A DNA stretch of 32,000 bases from positions 2,670,001 through 2,702,000 of the forward strand of contig JALDRA010000001.1 of NCBI GenBank assembly GCA_031316235.1. The letters are read 5' to 3'. The notes beneath the pieces were generated by a model, which had not been told where the DNA came from, did not search any database, and saw nothing but the letters and a program-made list of their open reading frames with translations. Made by a program: the position numbers and the translations under genes. Source of the stretch: Candidatus Scalindua sp. Its GTDB lineage: Bacteria > Planctomycetota > Brocadiia > Brocadiales > Scalinduaceae. Of this stretch, positions 17,041 to 24,881 are shown piece after piece (within the stretch, counting starts at the first letter, position 1; each line of letters begins with the position of its first letter).

Positions 17041-17982
17041 ATGACAGCTCTCGTTTACGACGATATTTATACAAAGCATGATACCGGTTTTCAGCATCCA
17101 GAGAATTCTCTAAGGATAACAAATACCGTAACATATCTGAAATCAACAGGTATCTGGCAAAAACTGACTGTTGAGAAGCCTCGTGCTGCAACAATTGAAG
17201 AAATTGCCGCCGTACATGGCACCTGCCATATTGAACAAATTGAGAAGCTTGCCAGAACCGGAGGTGGTTACGTAGACCCTGACACATATGTTTCGCCTTT
17301 TTCATATGATGCCGCTCTGTATGCAGCCGGGGCACCGCTTACGGCTATTGATGTTATAATGAAAAGAGAGATAAATAATGCCTTTTGCCTCATCCGGCCG
17401 CCAGGCCATCATGCCACGCCGACGAGGGCAATGGGTTTCTGTTTATTTAATAACGTATCCATAGCTGCGAAGTATCTTCAAAAAGAATACAATCTTGAAA
17501 AAATTGCAATTATTGATTGGGACGTACACCATGGTAATGGGACGCAGGATACATTTTATGAAGATCCTTCAGTGTTGTATTTTTCAATCCATAGATATCC
17601 ATTCTATCCCGGTACCGGCAGGGATAGTGAAACAGGAACAGGTAAAGGGGCCGGCAGCACAATAAATGTTCCTCTATCCCATGATACTACTTCAAAAACA
17701 TATATGAGTATCTTTGAGGAGATACTTCAAAAGGATATTAAACTATTCAAACCGAATTTTATCCTCATCTCATCCGGTTTTGATGCATATTACCTCGATC
17801 CTATCGGTGGTTTAGATCTTGGAGTTTCTGAATTCCGTATCCTGACAGAAATTACACAAAAAATCGCTAACGAGTGTTGTGAGGGGCGAATTGTTTCTTG
17901 TTTAGAGGGTGGATACCACGTGTCAGATTTGCCAAGATGTATAGAAGCACATCTAAATGGCCTGAATAGTAATCAAACGTAA
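17041..17982 (+). CDS. Histone deacetylase-family amidohydrolase (AcuC / acetylpolyamine deacetylase-like)
   Basis: RPPGHHA, DWDVHHGNGTQ, SSGFDA and LEGGY motifs of the Zn-dependent arginase/deacetylase fold. Confidence 0.85.
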   Translation: MTALVYDDIYTKHDTGFQHPENSLRITNTVTYLKSTGIWQKLTVEKPRAATIEEIAAVHGTCHIEQIEKLARTGGGYVDPDTYVSPFSYDAALYAAGAPLTAIDVIMKREINNAFCLIRPPGHHATPTRAMGFCLFNNVSIAAKYLQKEYNLEKIAIIDWDVHHGNGTQDTFYEDPSVLYFSIHRYPFYPGTGRDSETGTGKGAGSTINVPLSHDTTSKTYMSIFEEILQKDIKLFKPNFILISSGFDAYYLDPIGGLDLGVSEFRILTEITQKIANECCEGRIVSCLEGGYHVSDLPRCIEAHLNGLNSNQT

Positions 17983-17999
17983 CCGTAAAAAACCTGAAT

Positions 18000-18275
18000 T
18001 TATGGCGTGGCTGTTTTTAGTTTGTTGAGAACTTTCGCTAATCTCGATTTTTTTCTTGAGGCAGTTTTTTTGTGGATAATTCCTTTCGCTGCTATCTGGT
18101 CCAACCTCTTCGTAGTTAACGAAAAGTGCTTTTCTGCATCAGCCATATTTCTGGCCTGAACAGACTGTACAAATTTCTTAATCTGGGTTTTTAGAGCAGA
18201 TTTGTGGCTTCTGTTCATCATCCGGCATTTACTGTTTTGACGGACCCGTTTTTTTGCAGATTTGTTTATGGGCAT
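18000..18275 (-). CDS. rpsT: 30S ribosomal protein S20
   Basis: MPINKSAKKRVRQN... is a typical S20 N-terminus in a basic 91-aa protein. The internal ATG at 18275 is preceded by GGAAGGA. The 139-aa track ORF is an upstream artefact. Confidence 0.88.
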   Translation of the reverse strand: MPINKSAKKRVRQNSKCRMMNRSHKSALKTQIKKFVQSVQARNMADAEKHFSLTTKRLDQIAAKGIIHKKTASRKKSRLAKVLNKLKTATP

Positions 18276-18366
18276 AAATAGTTCCTTCCCGGTTTCAATT
18301 GATTTCTGAAGATTTTTGTTTCCATCATACTCTCTCCAATAATAGGAAAGAGTAGTTAATCGTGAA

Positions 18367-18395
18367 AGTCTAAGAAATAGGGATGCAGTTGTCAA
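18367..18395 (-). promoter_or_regulatory. Sigma70-like promoter candidate for rpsT (TTGACA-17 nt-TAGACT on the minus strand)
   Basis: Minus strand reads TTGACA (18395-18390), a 17-nt spacer, then TAGACT (18372-18367). Sits about 90 nt upstream of the rpsT ATG. Confidence 0.4.
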
Positions 18396-18521
18396 CAAAA
18401 AAACAAAAAACCCTTGCATTTTCAGTGGTTTGTATTATATACTGAATCCTGTTAACTTGACCTTTTTATTGGGTATATGTCATGTTCAGCGGTTATATAT
18501 ACCCTCTTTGAATCACTCTCT

Positions 18522-19037
18522 ATGGAAGTTCTTATTTTCCCAAATCCGGGTTTGAAATGCAAGGCGAAATCAGTAGAAGAGATCGACGAAGAGATCTGTA
18601 AAACCGCTGATGCAATGTTAGATACCATGTACGATGCCTGTGGAATCGGTCTTGCGGCAACGCAGGTCGGGATCCCCAAACGCATCGTTGTTTTGGACAT
18701 TGAGGGTAATAAAGCAGGAGAAAGGGTTTTTATTAATCCGTATATTGTTGAACAGCGAGGTGAGATAATTGAAGAGGAAGGTTGCCTGTCGTTTCCAGGT
18801 TTGGTAGGTATGGTAATGCGTTCCCAACATGTTACGGTTATTGCTTTTAATCTCAAAGGCGAAAGATTGGAAATTGAAGCTGACGGATTATTGAGCCGTG
18901 CCTGGCAGCATGAAATCGATCATTTAAACGGCACTCTTTTTATAGAAAAAATGACACCTGCAAGCATGATTGCAAATAAACAGAAGATGAAAGAATTCGA
19001 GCTTGCGTATCAAGAAAACAATGCCAACGTCCGTTAG
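18522..19037 (+). CDS. def: Peptide deformylase
   Basis: GIGLAATQVG, EGCLSFPG and QHEIDHLNG (the three PDF motifs). ATG 18522 (MEVLIFPNP...) preferred over the track start at 18477. Confidence 0.92.
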   Translation: MEVLIFPNPGLKCKAKSVEEIDEEICKTADAMLDTMYDACGIGLAATQVGIPKRIVVLDIEGNKAGERVFINPYIVEQRGEIIEEEGCLSFPGLVGMVMRSQHVTVIAFNLKGERLEIEADGLLSRAWQHEIDHLNGTLFIEKMTPASMIANKQKMKEFELAYQENNANVR

Positions 19038-19063
19038 GCCAGACAATTTGAGAAGAAGCGTTT

Positions 19064-20014
19064 ATGAATGTTATTTTTATGGGGACACCGAGCTTTGCTG
19101 TTCCAAGTTTAGAATTACTGGAAAAATCAAAATATAAGATCGTAACGGTTATCACCCAAACAGACAAACCGGCCGGACGAAAACGGCAACCTTGCCCGCC
19201 GCCTGTCAAGGAGGCGGCCCTGGATTTTGGAATCCCTGTAATTCAGCCACAAAATGTAAACGACAGGAGTGTTGTCAATCAAATTGCAGGATACAGTCCG
19301 GACATCATTATTACGGTTGCTTTCGGTCAGAAGATCTCTTCTGAGATATTAAATTTGCCAAGATATACATGCTTAAATATTCACGCCTCATTGCTTCCTA
19401 AATATCGTGGTGCTGCACCCATTAACTGGGCAATTATCCGGGGAGATAAGGAGTCGGGGATTACGTCCATGGTGATGCGAGAAAAAATGGATGCCGGTGA
19501 GATTATTATGCAAAAAGCACTGCAGATACGAGATAATGAAACTGCAGGGGAATTGGGGGACAGGTTAAGTATCCTTGGTGCAGAACTTTTAATGGAAAGT
19601 ATCGGGCAGATAGAAGCGGGAGACGCAAGATATACGAAACAGGATGAACGGCTGGTTACCTATGCACCAAAACTGAAAAAGAGAGACGGGCTTATCTATT
19701 GGAATCAGAATACCAGAGATATTCACAATTTTGTAAGAGGTGTGAATCCCTGGCCTGGAGCGTATACAACGGTAACACATAATGAAAAAACGGAAAGAAT
19801 CATAATCCTGGAAACTGAGTGTGACATACAGTCTGCCGCAGGTTCAATGGATCCTCCCGGTACTGTTTCAGATGTTTCTGATCGTGGTATCAGCATAGCG
19901 ACAAAGAATGGTTCTATTTGGATAACTCGGGTTAAGCCCGAAGGGAAACGAGACATGAAGGCTGCAGCGTTTTCACGGGGACACAACGTTAAAGCTGGTG
20001 ATCTGTTTACGTAA
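19064..20014 (+). CDS. fmt: Methionyl-tRNA formyltransferase
   Basis: MNVIFMGTPSFAV, NIHASLLPKYRGAAPINWAI and a C-terminal Fmt domain. Classic def-fmt pair. Confidence 0.92.
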   Translation: MNVIFMGTPSFAVPSLELLEKSKYKIVTVITQTDKPAGRKRQPCPPPVKEAALDFGIPVIQPQNVNDRSVVNQIAGYSPDIIITVAFGQKISSEILNLPRYTCLNIHASLLPKYRGAAPINWAIIRGDKESGITSMVMREKMDAGEIIMQKALQIRDNETAGELGDRLSILGAELLMESIGQIEAGDARYTKQDERLVTYAPKLKKRDGLIYWNQNTRDIHNFVRGVNPWPGAYTTVTHNEKTERIIILETECDIQSAAGSMDPPGTVSDVSDRGISIATKNGSIWITRVKPEGKRDMKAAAFSRGHNVKAGDLFT

Positions 20015-20115
20015 TACCTTTAACGGTATGAAGCTGCCTTTGGGTTTGAAAGAGTGTTTGGATTTCGGGGAACGGAATTTCAGTATAAACCTTCAATAAA
20101 AGGGGTATTGATAAG

Positions 20116-20577
20116 ATGGAAGTTTTGGACAAGAAGCTTGTTTCGCTTAACAATTTAATGACGAAGTTAAGGAAAAAGAAATGCCCGCCTGAGGGATTGC
20201 TACTCCTCTTTCCGCACTGCATTCAAAATTCTAAATGTAAACAAAATATCAAACACGACCTTAATGAGTGCAGGCGTTGTGGAAAATGCAAGGTAAAAGA
20301 GTTATTGGAAGTGTCTGAAGAATATGGTATCAGTGTAGCGGTTGCGAGTGGTGGTAGAATTGCGCTGAAAAGGGTTATGGCTGAAGAGGTTCAAGGGGTG
20401 GTTGCGATTGCCTGTGAAAAGGAACTGCGGGTGGGGTTGATGGCGGCAATGCCAAAAGCGATTGTTGCCGTTCCCAATTTGAGGCCATACGGTTACTGCG
20501 TCAACACTGATGTATACCTTGATGATGTCTTAAAGGCTGTTAAGTGGTTTACGAGGGACCACAGAAAGAATCCCTGA
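20116..20577 (+). CDS. DUF116-like Cys-rich protein (short form without N-terminal TM region)
   Basis: LLLFPHCIQNSKC, CRRCGKCKV, ASGGRIA and VVAIACEKEL match my recollection of the DUF116 (PF01976) pattern. SD AAGGGG upstream. Confidence 0.6.
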   Translation: MEVLDKKLVSLNNLMTKLRKKKCPPEGLLLLFPHCIQNSKCKQNIKHDLNECRRCGKCKVKELLEVSEEYGISVAVASGGRIALKRVMAEEVQGVVAIACEKELRVGLMAAMPKAIVAVPNLRPYGYCVNTDVYLDDVLKAVKWFTRDHRKNP

Positions 20578-20933
20578 ATACATGGCTCTCTGGGTGAAGG
20601 AATGCAGGGTTTTTAACCAGGCTGCTCAAAATGAGAGCAGCCATGAGATCTGTGAAGACTGCACCGGCTTCACGGCAGGATGAGAAATCGATTGTGACAA
20701 CCGATGTGAACAGTTTAAACCGAACACCAGAATATCTCAATGGGTTATGAAAATTTGTCCAATACCGTTACTGAAGAGGGTGCTACCTGTTTCTTTTCGG
20801 TTTAAAAGGGTAAACCTCGATTTGCCTGCAACTTCAACATAATTACTCTTGTTCACACCAGACAATTCACTACACTTCTTTTTTGTAGGCGTTCATCATT
20901 GCAGAATCTTTGTTTGTGCTGAATATAAATGAA

Positions 20934-21452
20934 TTATTTTTCTTTATGTTGAGTAACCTTGACCCATATAGGTGTGTCAGGATAAGAGGTTTCCTGGACA
21001 TGTTTAATGATCTCTGTTACGTGTTTGGCAATATCTTCTCTCTGGCAGCTTGAGGGGAAGAACTGCAGGACTTCTACTTCGATTTCTCTTCCTTCTTCCG
21101 CATGAGCCTTATCCGGGATGATGTGTGTTGAATAGTCCAACGGTATAATTCCTCGATACTTACGGATCAGCTCATCATAATCATTGAACATGTTCTGGAG
21201 TAAGATTTTCAAGTCTTCCGTGTCGTGTTTTTCTTGCTCAAATACTTTCTGATGCAATTGTATCAAGTATTCCCGTTCCTTGCCAAAATTGCTGAATTGG
21301 TTTTCGTATGTATAGGAACTGTTTTCCAGCATCGAATCTTTGATTGCGGTCAATTTTTCAAATCTCTCGCTGAACCACAAATCAATGCTGACCCTGATTT
21401 GTTCAAATTTGAATCTGAATTTTTTTAAAATTTCTATAAGTACTTCTCTCAC
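20934..21452 (-). CDS. Hypothetical protein (172 aa, charged/helical, no recognised family)
   Basis: Long ORF 27 nt downstream of the 21480..21995 gene on the same strand. GTG start with a weak SD. Composition looks protein-like. Confidence 0.5.
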   Translation of the reverse strand: MREVLIEILKKFRFKFEQIRVSIDLWFSERFEKLTAIKDSMLENSSYTYENQFSNFGKEREYLIQLHQKVFEQEKHDTEDLKILLQNMFNDYDELIRKYRGIIPLDYSTHIIPDKAHAEEGREIEVEVLQFFPSSCQREDIAKHVTEIIKHVQETSYPDTPIWVKVTQHKEK

Positions 21453-21479
21453 AATAATAACCTTTTTAGTAGATTTCCG

Positions 21480-21995
21480 TTAATTGTTGTCGCCAAGGTT
21501 GAGAAAGATTTTCCATTTACCATCTTCTTGAACGAGTTCAAATTCTCCGCTCTTTTCGACCATAGGGACATCAGCCTTTCTCAGGTATTGTTTCAGCATA
21601 TGCCTCATCGCCTGCCGGGTAGTTTTCATATCCTTCGGGCCGTAAAATGGTCCAAAGATTTCGGCCAGGACTTCGGGCATATCCGGCGAGGTAATGGTTG
21701 TGTAAGCGGTTGCACTGCCGTCTCCGATTCTCGTTTCAGTTATCTCATAACTGCTTAATGCAGATATTGCCTTTGCTATTTCTTGTTGAAAGGGATCCTC
21801 CAGGCGGTTTTTTCTTATAAACTCCTCTTTGCTGACTATCTTTTTATCTGCATTTGATAGATAGATATACGCTTTTTTGTGGTTGTTTGAGTAAAAAGCC
21901 TTCAAGTACTTAATAAGAACCTTTTCGGGTTGTTCATTGCCGAAACCCAAGAGGGGAACAGCGATGAGGAAAAGCAGTATTTTATATTTTTTCAT
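21480..21995 (-). CDS. Hypothetical secreted protein (signal peptide; possibly NTF2/DUF4878-like)
   Basis: N-terminal MKKYKILLFLIAVPLLGFG is signal-peptide-like. The rest is soluble (KYLKAFYSNNHKKAYIYLSNADKKIVSKEEF...). Family assignment is weak. Confidence 0.6.
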   Translation of the reverse strand: MKKYKILLFLIAVPLLGFGNEQPEKVLIKYLKAFYSNNHKKAYIYLSNADKKIVSKEEFIRKNRLEDPFQQEIAKAISALSSYEITETRIGDGSATAYTTITSPDMPEVLAEIFGPFYGPKDMKTTRQAMRHMLKQYLRKADVPMVEKSGEFELVQEDGKWKIFLNLGDNN

Positions 21996-21999
21996 GAAC

Positions 22000-22114
22000 G
22001 TATACTAAAACCGATTTGGTTTTCGGCTTTACCGGAAACCAAATCTTGGTTGCAGTTATACTCGCTCAATTTTATCTCGGATTTTATCCGAAAACCATAA
22101 TGAGATGAGTATAT
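22000..22114. repeat. MITE-like repeat, copy L (115 nt) with imperfect terminal inverted repeats (TATACT..GGTTTTCGG / CCGAAAACC..AGTATA)
   Basis: Hand alignment to the reverse complement of 23455-23595 gives two blocks of 46 nt (3 mismatches) and 56 nt (6 mismatches). Several internal short hairpins, e.g. AAAACC-GATTT-GGTTTT. Confidence 0.8.
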
Positions 22115-22344
22115 AATTATGCTTTTCCTGTTTATTGACAATCGTGATACCGGCTAAGGGGAGTATGTTTTTGATTAGATAGTATTGGAACGAAAGCTAC
22201 CCATCTACGGCATTGCTGCAATAATGACGTAGTCCTCACGTACTTGTAGTACGCACTCCGGTTACGTAATTATTTCGCGCCCTGTACCTGGGCCGTTTTG
22301 ATTCAACCACAGGGGGTCCCGTTCAGGCTCGACAGATGATTTTC

Positions 22345-23349
22345 TTAGGGAATCGATTCTTCAGCATCTTCGGTATCTACAGGTTTCTTATCGATATCTC
22401 CATTCTGGAAACGGCCAATCTTTCTATACTTCATAAATCTATTTTCAAGTAACGTATTCATCGGAATATCCTGGAGTTCTTCAAGGTACCGAATAATAGT
22501 ACTCTTTAAAGTACGGGCCATCTCTTTAGGATTGTTATGAGCGGCACCGAGGGGTTCCGGTATGACTTCATCAACAATTCCCATTTCATAAAGATCTTTT
22601 GCGGTTAATTTCAGGGCATTTGCCGCATCTTCGGCATTATCCTTGCTCTTCCATAGAATAGCCGCACAACCTTCAGGAGAAATTACTGAACAGTAAGCGT
22701 ACTCCAGAATCGAAAACTTGTCGCCTACACCTATTCCGAGTGCACCACCGCTTCCTCCTTCACCAATTACAATACAAATTATGGGGGTTCGGAGTCTCGA
22801 CATCTCAGCGATATTTATGGCTATTGCATGCGCTTGCCCCCGTTCTTCAGCACCGATATCAGGATTGGCTCCTGGTGTATCAATCAATGTTACAACCGGC
22901 AAATGAAATTTTTCTGCTAACTTCATTTTGTGCAGAGCTTTTCGATATCCTTCCGGATTAGGCATGCCAAAGTTGTATGTAATTCTCTCCTTTGTTGTTT
23001 TTCCTTTCTGGTGACCAACAATCAAAGCTCTCTGATTGCCAAATTTGCCCATGCCTGTAATTATCGCCTTATCGTCACCAAAACTGCGGTCACCGTGTAA
23101 TTCCATAAAATCATCGACCATCAAAGCGATGTAATCGGATACAGGCGGTCGAAGGTGATGTCGGGAAATTTGTATAGTGTCATACGGCGAGAGATTTGAA
23201 TAGATTTTCTTCAGAAGAATTTCCTTCTCTTCCTCTAATTTTTTTATCTCAGTCAGGCTCCCTGGCTGTTTGGGGTCATCCTGCAGCTTATGGATACGCA
23301 GATCAATCTCGACGATCGGATTATCAAGACTGGTAGTTTTCTTTGACAT
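22345..23349 (-). CDS. accA: Acetyl-CoA carboxylase carboxyltransferase subunit alpha
   Basis: RHHLRPPVSDYI, GDRSFGDDKAIITG, TLIDTPGA and VIGEGGSGGALG motifs. ATG 23349 is preceded by AAAGGA. The track's longer ORF begins at an upstream TTG (23415). Confidence 0.9.
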   Translation of the reverse strand: MSKKTTSLDNPIVEIDLRIHKLQDDPKQPGSLTEIKKLEEEKEILLKKIYSNLSPYDTIQISRHHLRPPVSDYIALMVDDFMELHGDRSFGDDKAIITGMGKFGNQRALIVGHQKGKTTKERITYNFGMPNPEGYRKALHKMKLAEKFHLPVVTLIDTPGANPDIGAEERGQAHAIAINIAEMSRLRTPIICIVIGEGGSGGALGIGVGDKFSILEYAYCSVISPEGCAAILWKSKDNAEDAANALKLTAKDLYEMGIVDEVIPEPLGAAHNNPKEMARTLKSTIIRYLEELQDIPMNTLLENRFMKYRKIGRFQNGDIDKKPVDTEDAEESIP

Positions 23350-23392
23350 GCAGGAATCCTTTTCATATTCGATATAGAGAAACGATGATTCA

Positions 23393-23420
23393 ATTCTAGC
23401 AATTTTTTTGTTCAAATCAA
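23393..23420 (-). promoter_or_regulatory. Sigma70-like promoter candidate for accA (TTGATT-16 nt-TAGAAT on the minus strand)
   Basis: Minus strand reads TTGATT (23420-23415), a 16-nt spacer, then TAGAAT (23398-23393). Sits about 45 nt upstream of ATG 23349, inside the segment bracketed by the two repeats. Confidence 0.4.
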
Positions 23421-23454
23421 GAAAATATAGAGAATACCACTTGTTTTTAATAAA

Positions 23455-23595
23455 ATATACTCACCTTACAATGGTTTTCGGATACAATCCGGGATAAAAT
23501 TGAGCGAGTAAAGTCCTCGGCGCTTTTTGTCCGGGGATACCTTCACCAGGATTTTGTTTCCGGTAAAACCGAAAACAAAATCGGTTTTAGTATAC
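23455..23595. repeat. MITE-like repeat, copy R (141 nt), inverted relative to copy L
   Basis: Its reverse complement aligns with 22000-22114 (see copy L). Carries an extra internal segment of about 26 nt (ATCCCCGGACAAAAAGCGCCGAGGACT in reverse complement). Confidence 0.8.
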
Positions 23596-23943
23596 CTGTT
23601 CTTATCACTCACCGGTTAGATTTTTGCGGACTTTATAACGATAGTCCCAAGGCTGTCATCCCCGCAAGTAAAAACCTGACCGGACACAACCGACCTATTC
23701 TGAAAAAAACAGAGTTGAAAACAAATAGAAAAGAAAAATATCATGTAAACATTATTTTACTCGTTTTTATTTCTACCTTGAATGGCTTAAAAAATTATTA
23801 TATCATACGTCCTCGTTTTACAGAATTAGTTCTCAGCATCGGCATAAAAAATTTTTATTATTTATATAAAGAAGTTCCCTGGTTTTTTTGTGCAGCATCC
23901 AGTCGCCCGATCGAAGACAGGAGGGAGATGAGATGATTTTTCT

Positions 23944-24795
23944 ATGAATTTTGGAATTGTTACAATAATTGGTACTGGATTGATTGGAGGTTCGATAGGA
24001 CTTGGCTTGAAACAGAGAGGTCTGACAAAGCTGGTTATCGGTGTCGGTCGACGTAAGTTGTCTTTGGATAAGGCGCTTGAGATAAAGGCGATAGATGAAG
24101 GCACCTGTGAAATTGAGACAGCCGTCAAGCGGGCCGATATCGTAATTTTAGCAACTTCGGTTGATCTTATCCCTTCTTTTGCAAAAGAGATAGTCCCTTT
24201 TATGAAAAAAGGTTCGATTCTCACTGACGTTGGAAGCACAAAAGAGTATATCGTTTCAGAAATAAGTCAGGTGCTGAAGGGTAAAGGGGATACCTGTTGC
24301 TTTATCGGGGCGCATCCACTTGCGGGTTCAGAGCAGAGAGGTGTAGAATTTGCGCTGCCTGATCTTTTTGAGGGGAGTATCTGTGTCTTAACACCCACAA
24401 ATACAAGCCCGAAAGGGTGCATAAAAAAGATAACAGAAATGTGGATTGCACTTGGTGCAGAAGTCAAGATCTTGAATCCGCGTGCACACGATGAGGTAGT
24501 GGCCTATACCAGCCACCTGCCCCATTTTGCTGCTTCAGGGATTACCAATGTGATTCAAGAGGAGCACTGGAGATATGGGGCGAATGGTTTGAGGGATACG
24601 ACACGGGTTGCTTCGGGAGATCCGGAACTCTGGGCAGGCATCTGTAAACAGAACAGGTCTGCGTTAGTAAGCGCACTTCGCCGATTTTCTGAAGAAATCA
24701 AATCCATGTTAAAGGATATTGAAGAAGAAAATGACAACAATGTTCTGCAGAGATTGCAAAGGGCAAAGTCCTTACGTGACTCATGTTTAAAATGA
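23944..24795 (+). CDS. tyrA: Prephenate/arogenate dehydrogenase
   Basis: N-terminal Rossmann IIGTGLIGGSIG, then DVGSTK, GAHPLAGSE and SHLPH motifs. Confidence 0.85.
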   Translation: MNFGIVTIIGTGLIGGSIGLGLKQRGLTKLVIGVGRRKLSLDKALEIKAIDEGTCEIETAVKRADIVILATSVDLIPSFAKEIVPFMKKGSILTDVGSTKEYIVSEISQVLKGKGDTCCFIGAHPLAGSEQRGVEFALPDLFEGSICVLTPTNTSPKGCIKKITEMWIALGAEVKILNPRAHDEVVAYTSHLPHFAASGITNVIQEEHWRYGANGLRDTTRVASGDPELWAGICKQNRSALVSALRRFSEEIKSMLKDIEEENDNNVLQRLQRAKSLRDSCLK

Positions 24796-24881
24796 AGTAT
24801 TAAAGTATTTATTTAATGGACGATAGAGCCTTGGGTTTCGTTTCAGCAATAAAAGAAGCCGGATATTTTGGTTAAGAGAAT

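Noticed and set aside
18276-18419. N-terminal extension making rpsT 139 aa. Similar upstream extensions occur in the track ORFs for accA (to 23415), def (18477), ftsW (4340) and murF (1781).
   Set aside because: In each case an internal ATG with an SD gives the canonical family N-terminus. The extensions overlap upstream genes or lack conservation-like features.
20549-20740. 63-aa minus-strand ORF downstream of the DUF116-like gene.
   Set aside because: No SD, no motif, and it overlaps the end of the DUF116-like gene.
23715-23936. 73-aa plus-strand ORF upstream of tyrA.
   Set aside because: Extremely AT-rich and low-complexity (Ile/Leu/Phe/Tyr/Lys/Asn-rich), with a TTG start and no SD. More likely promoter or leader DNA of tyrA.
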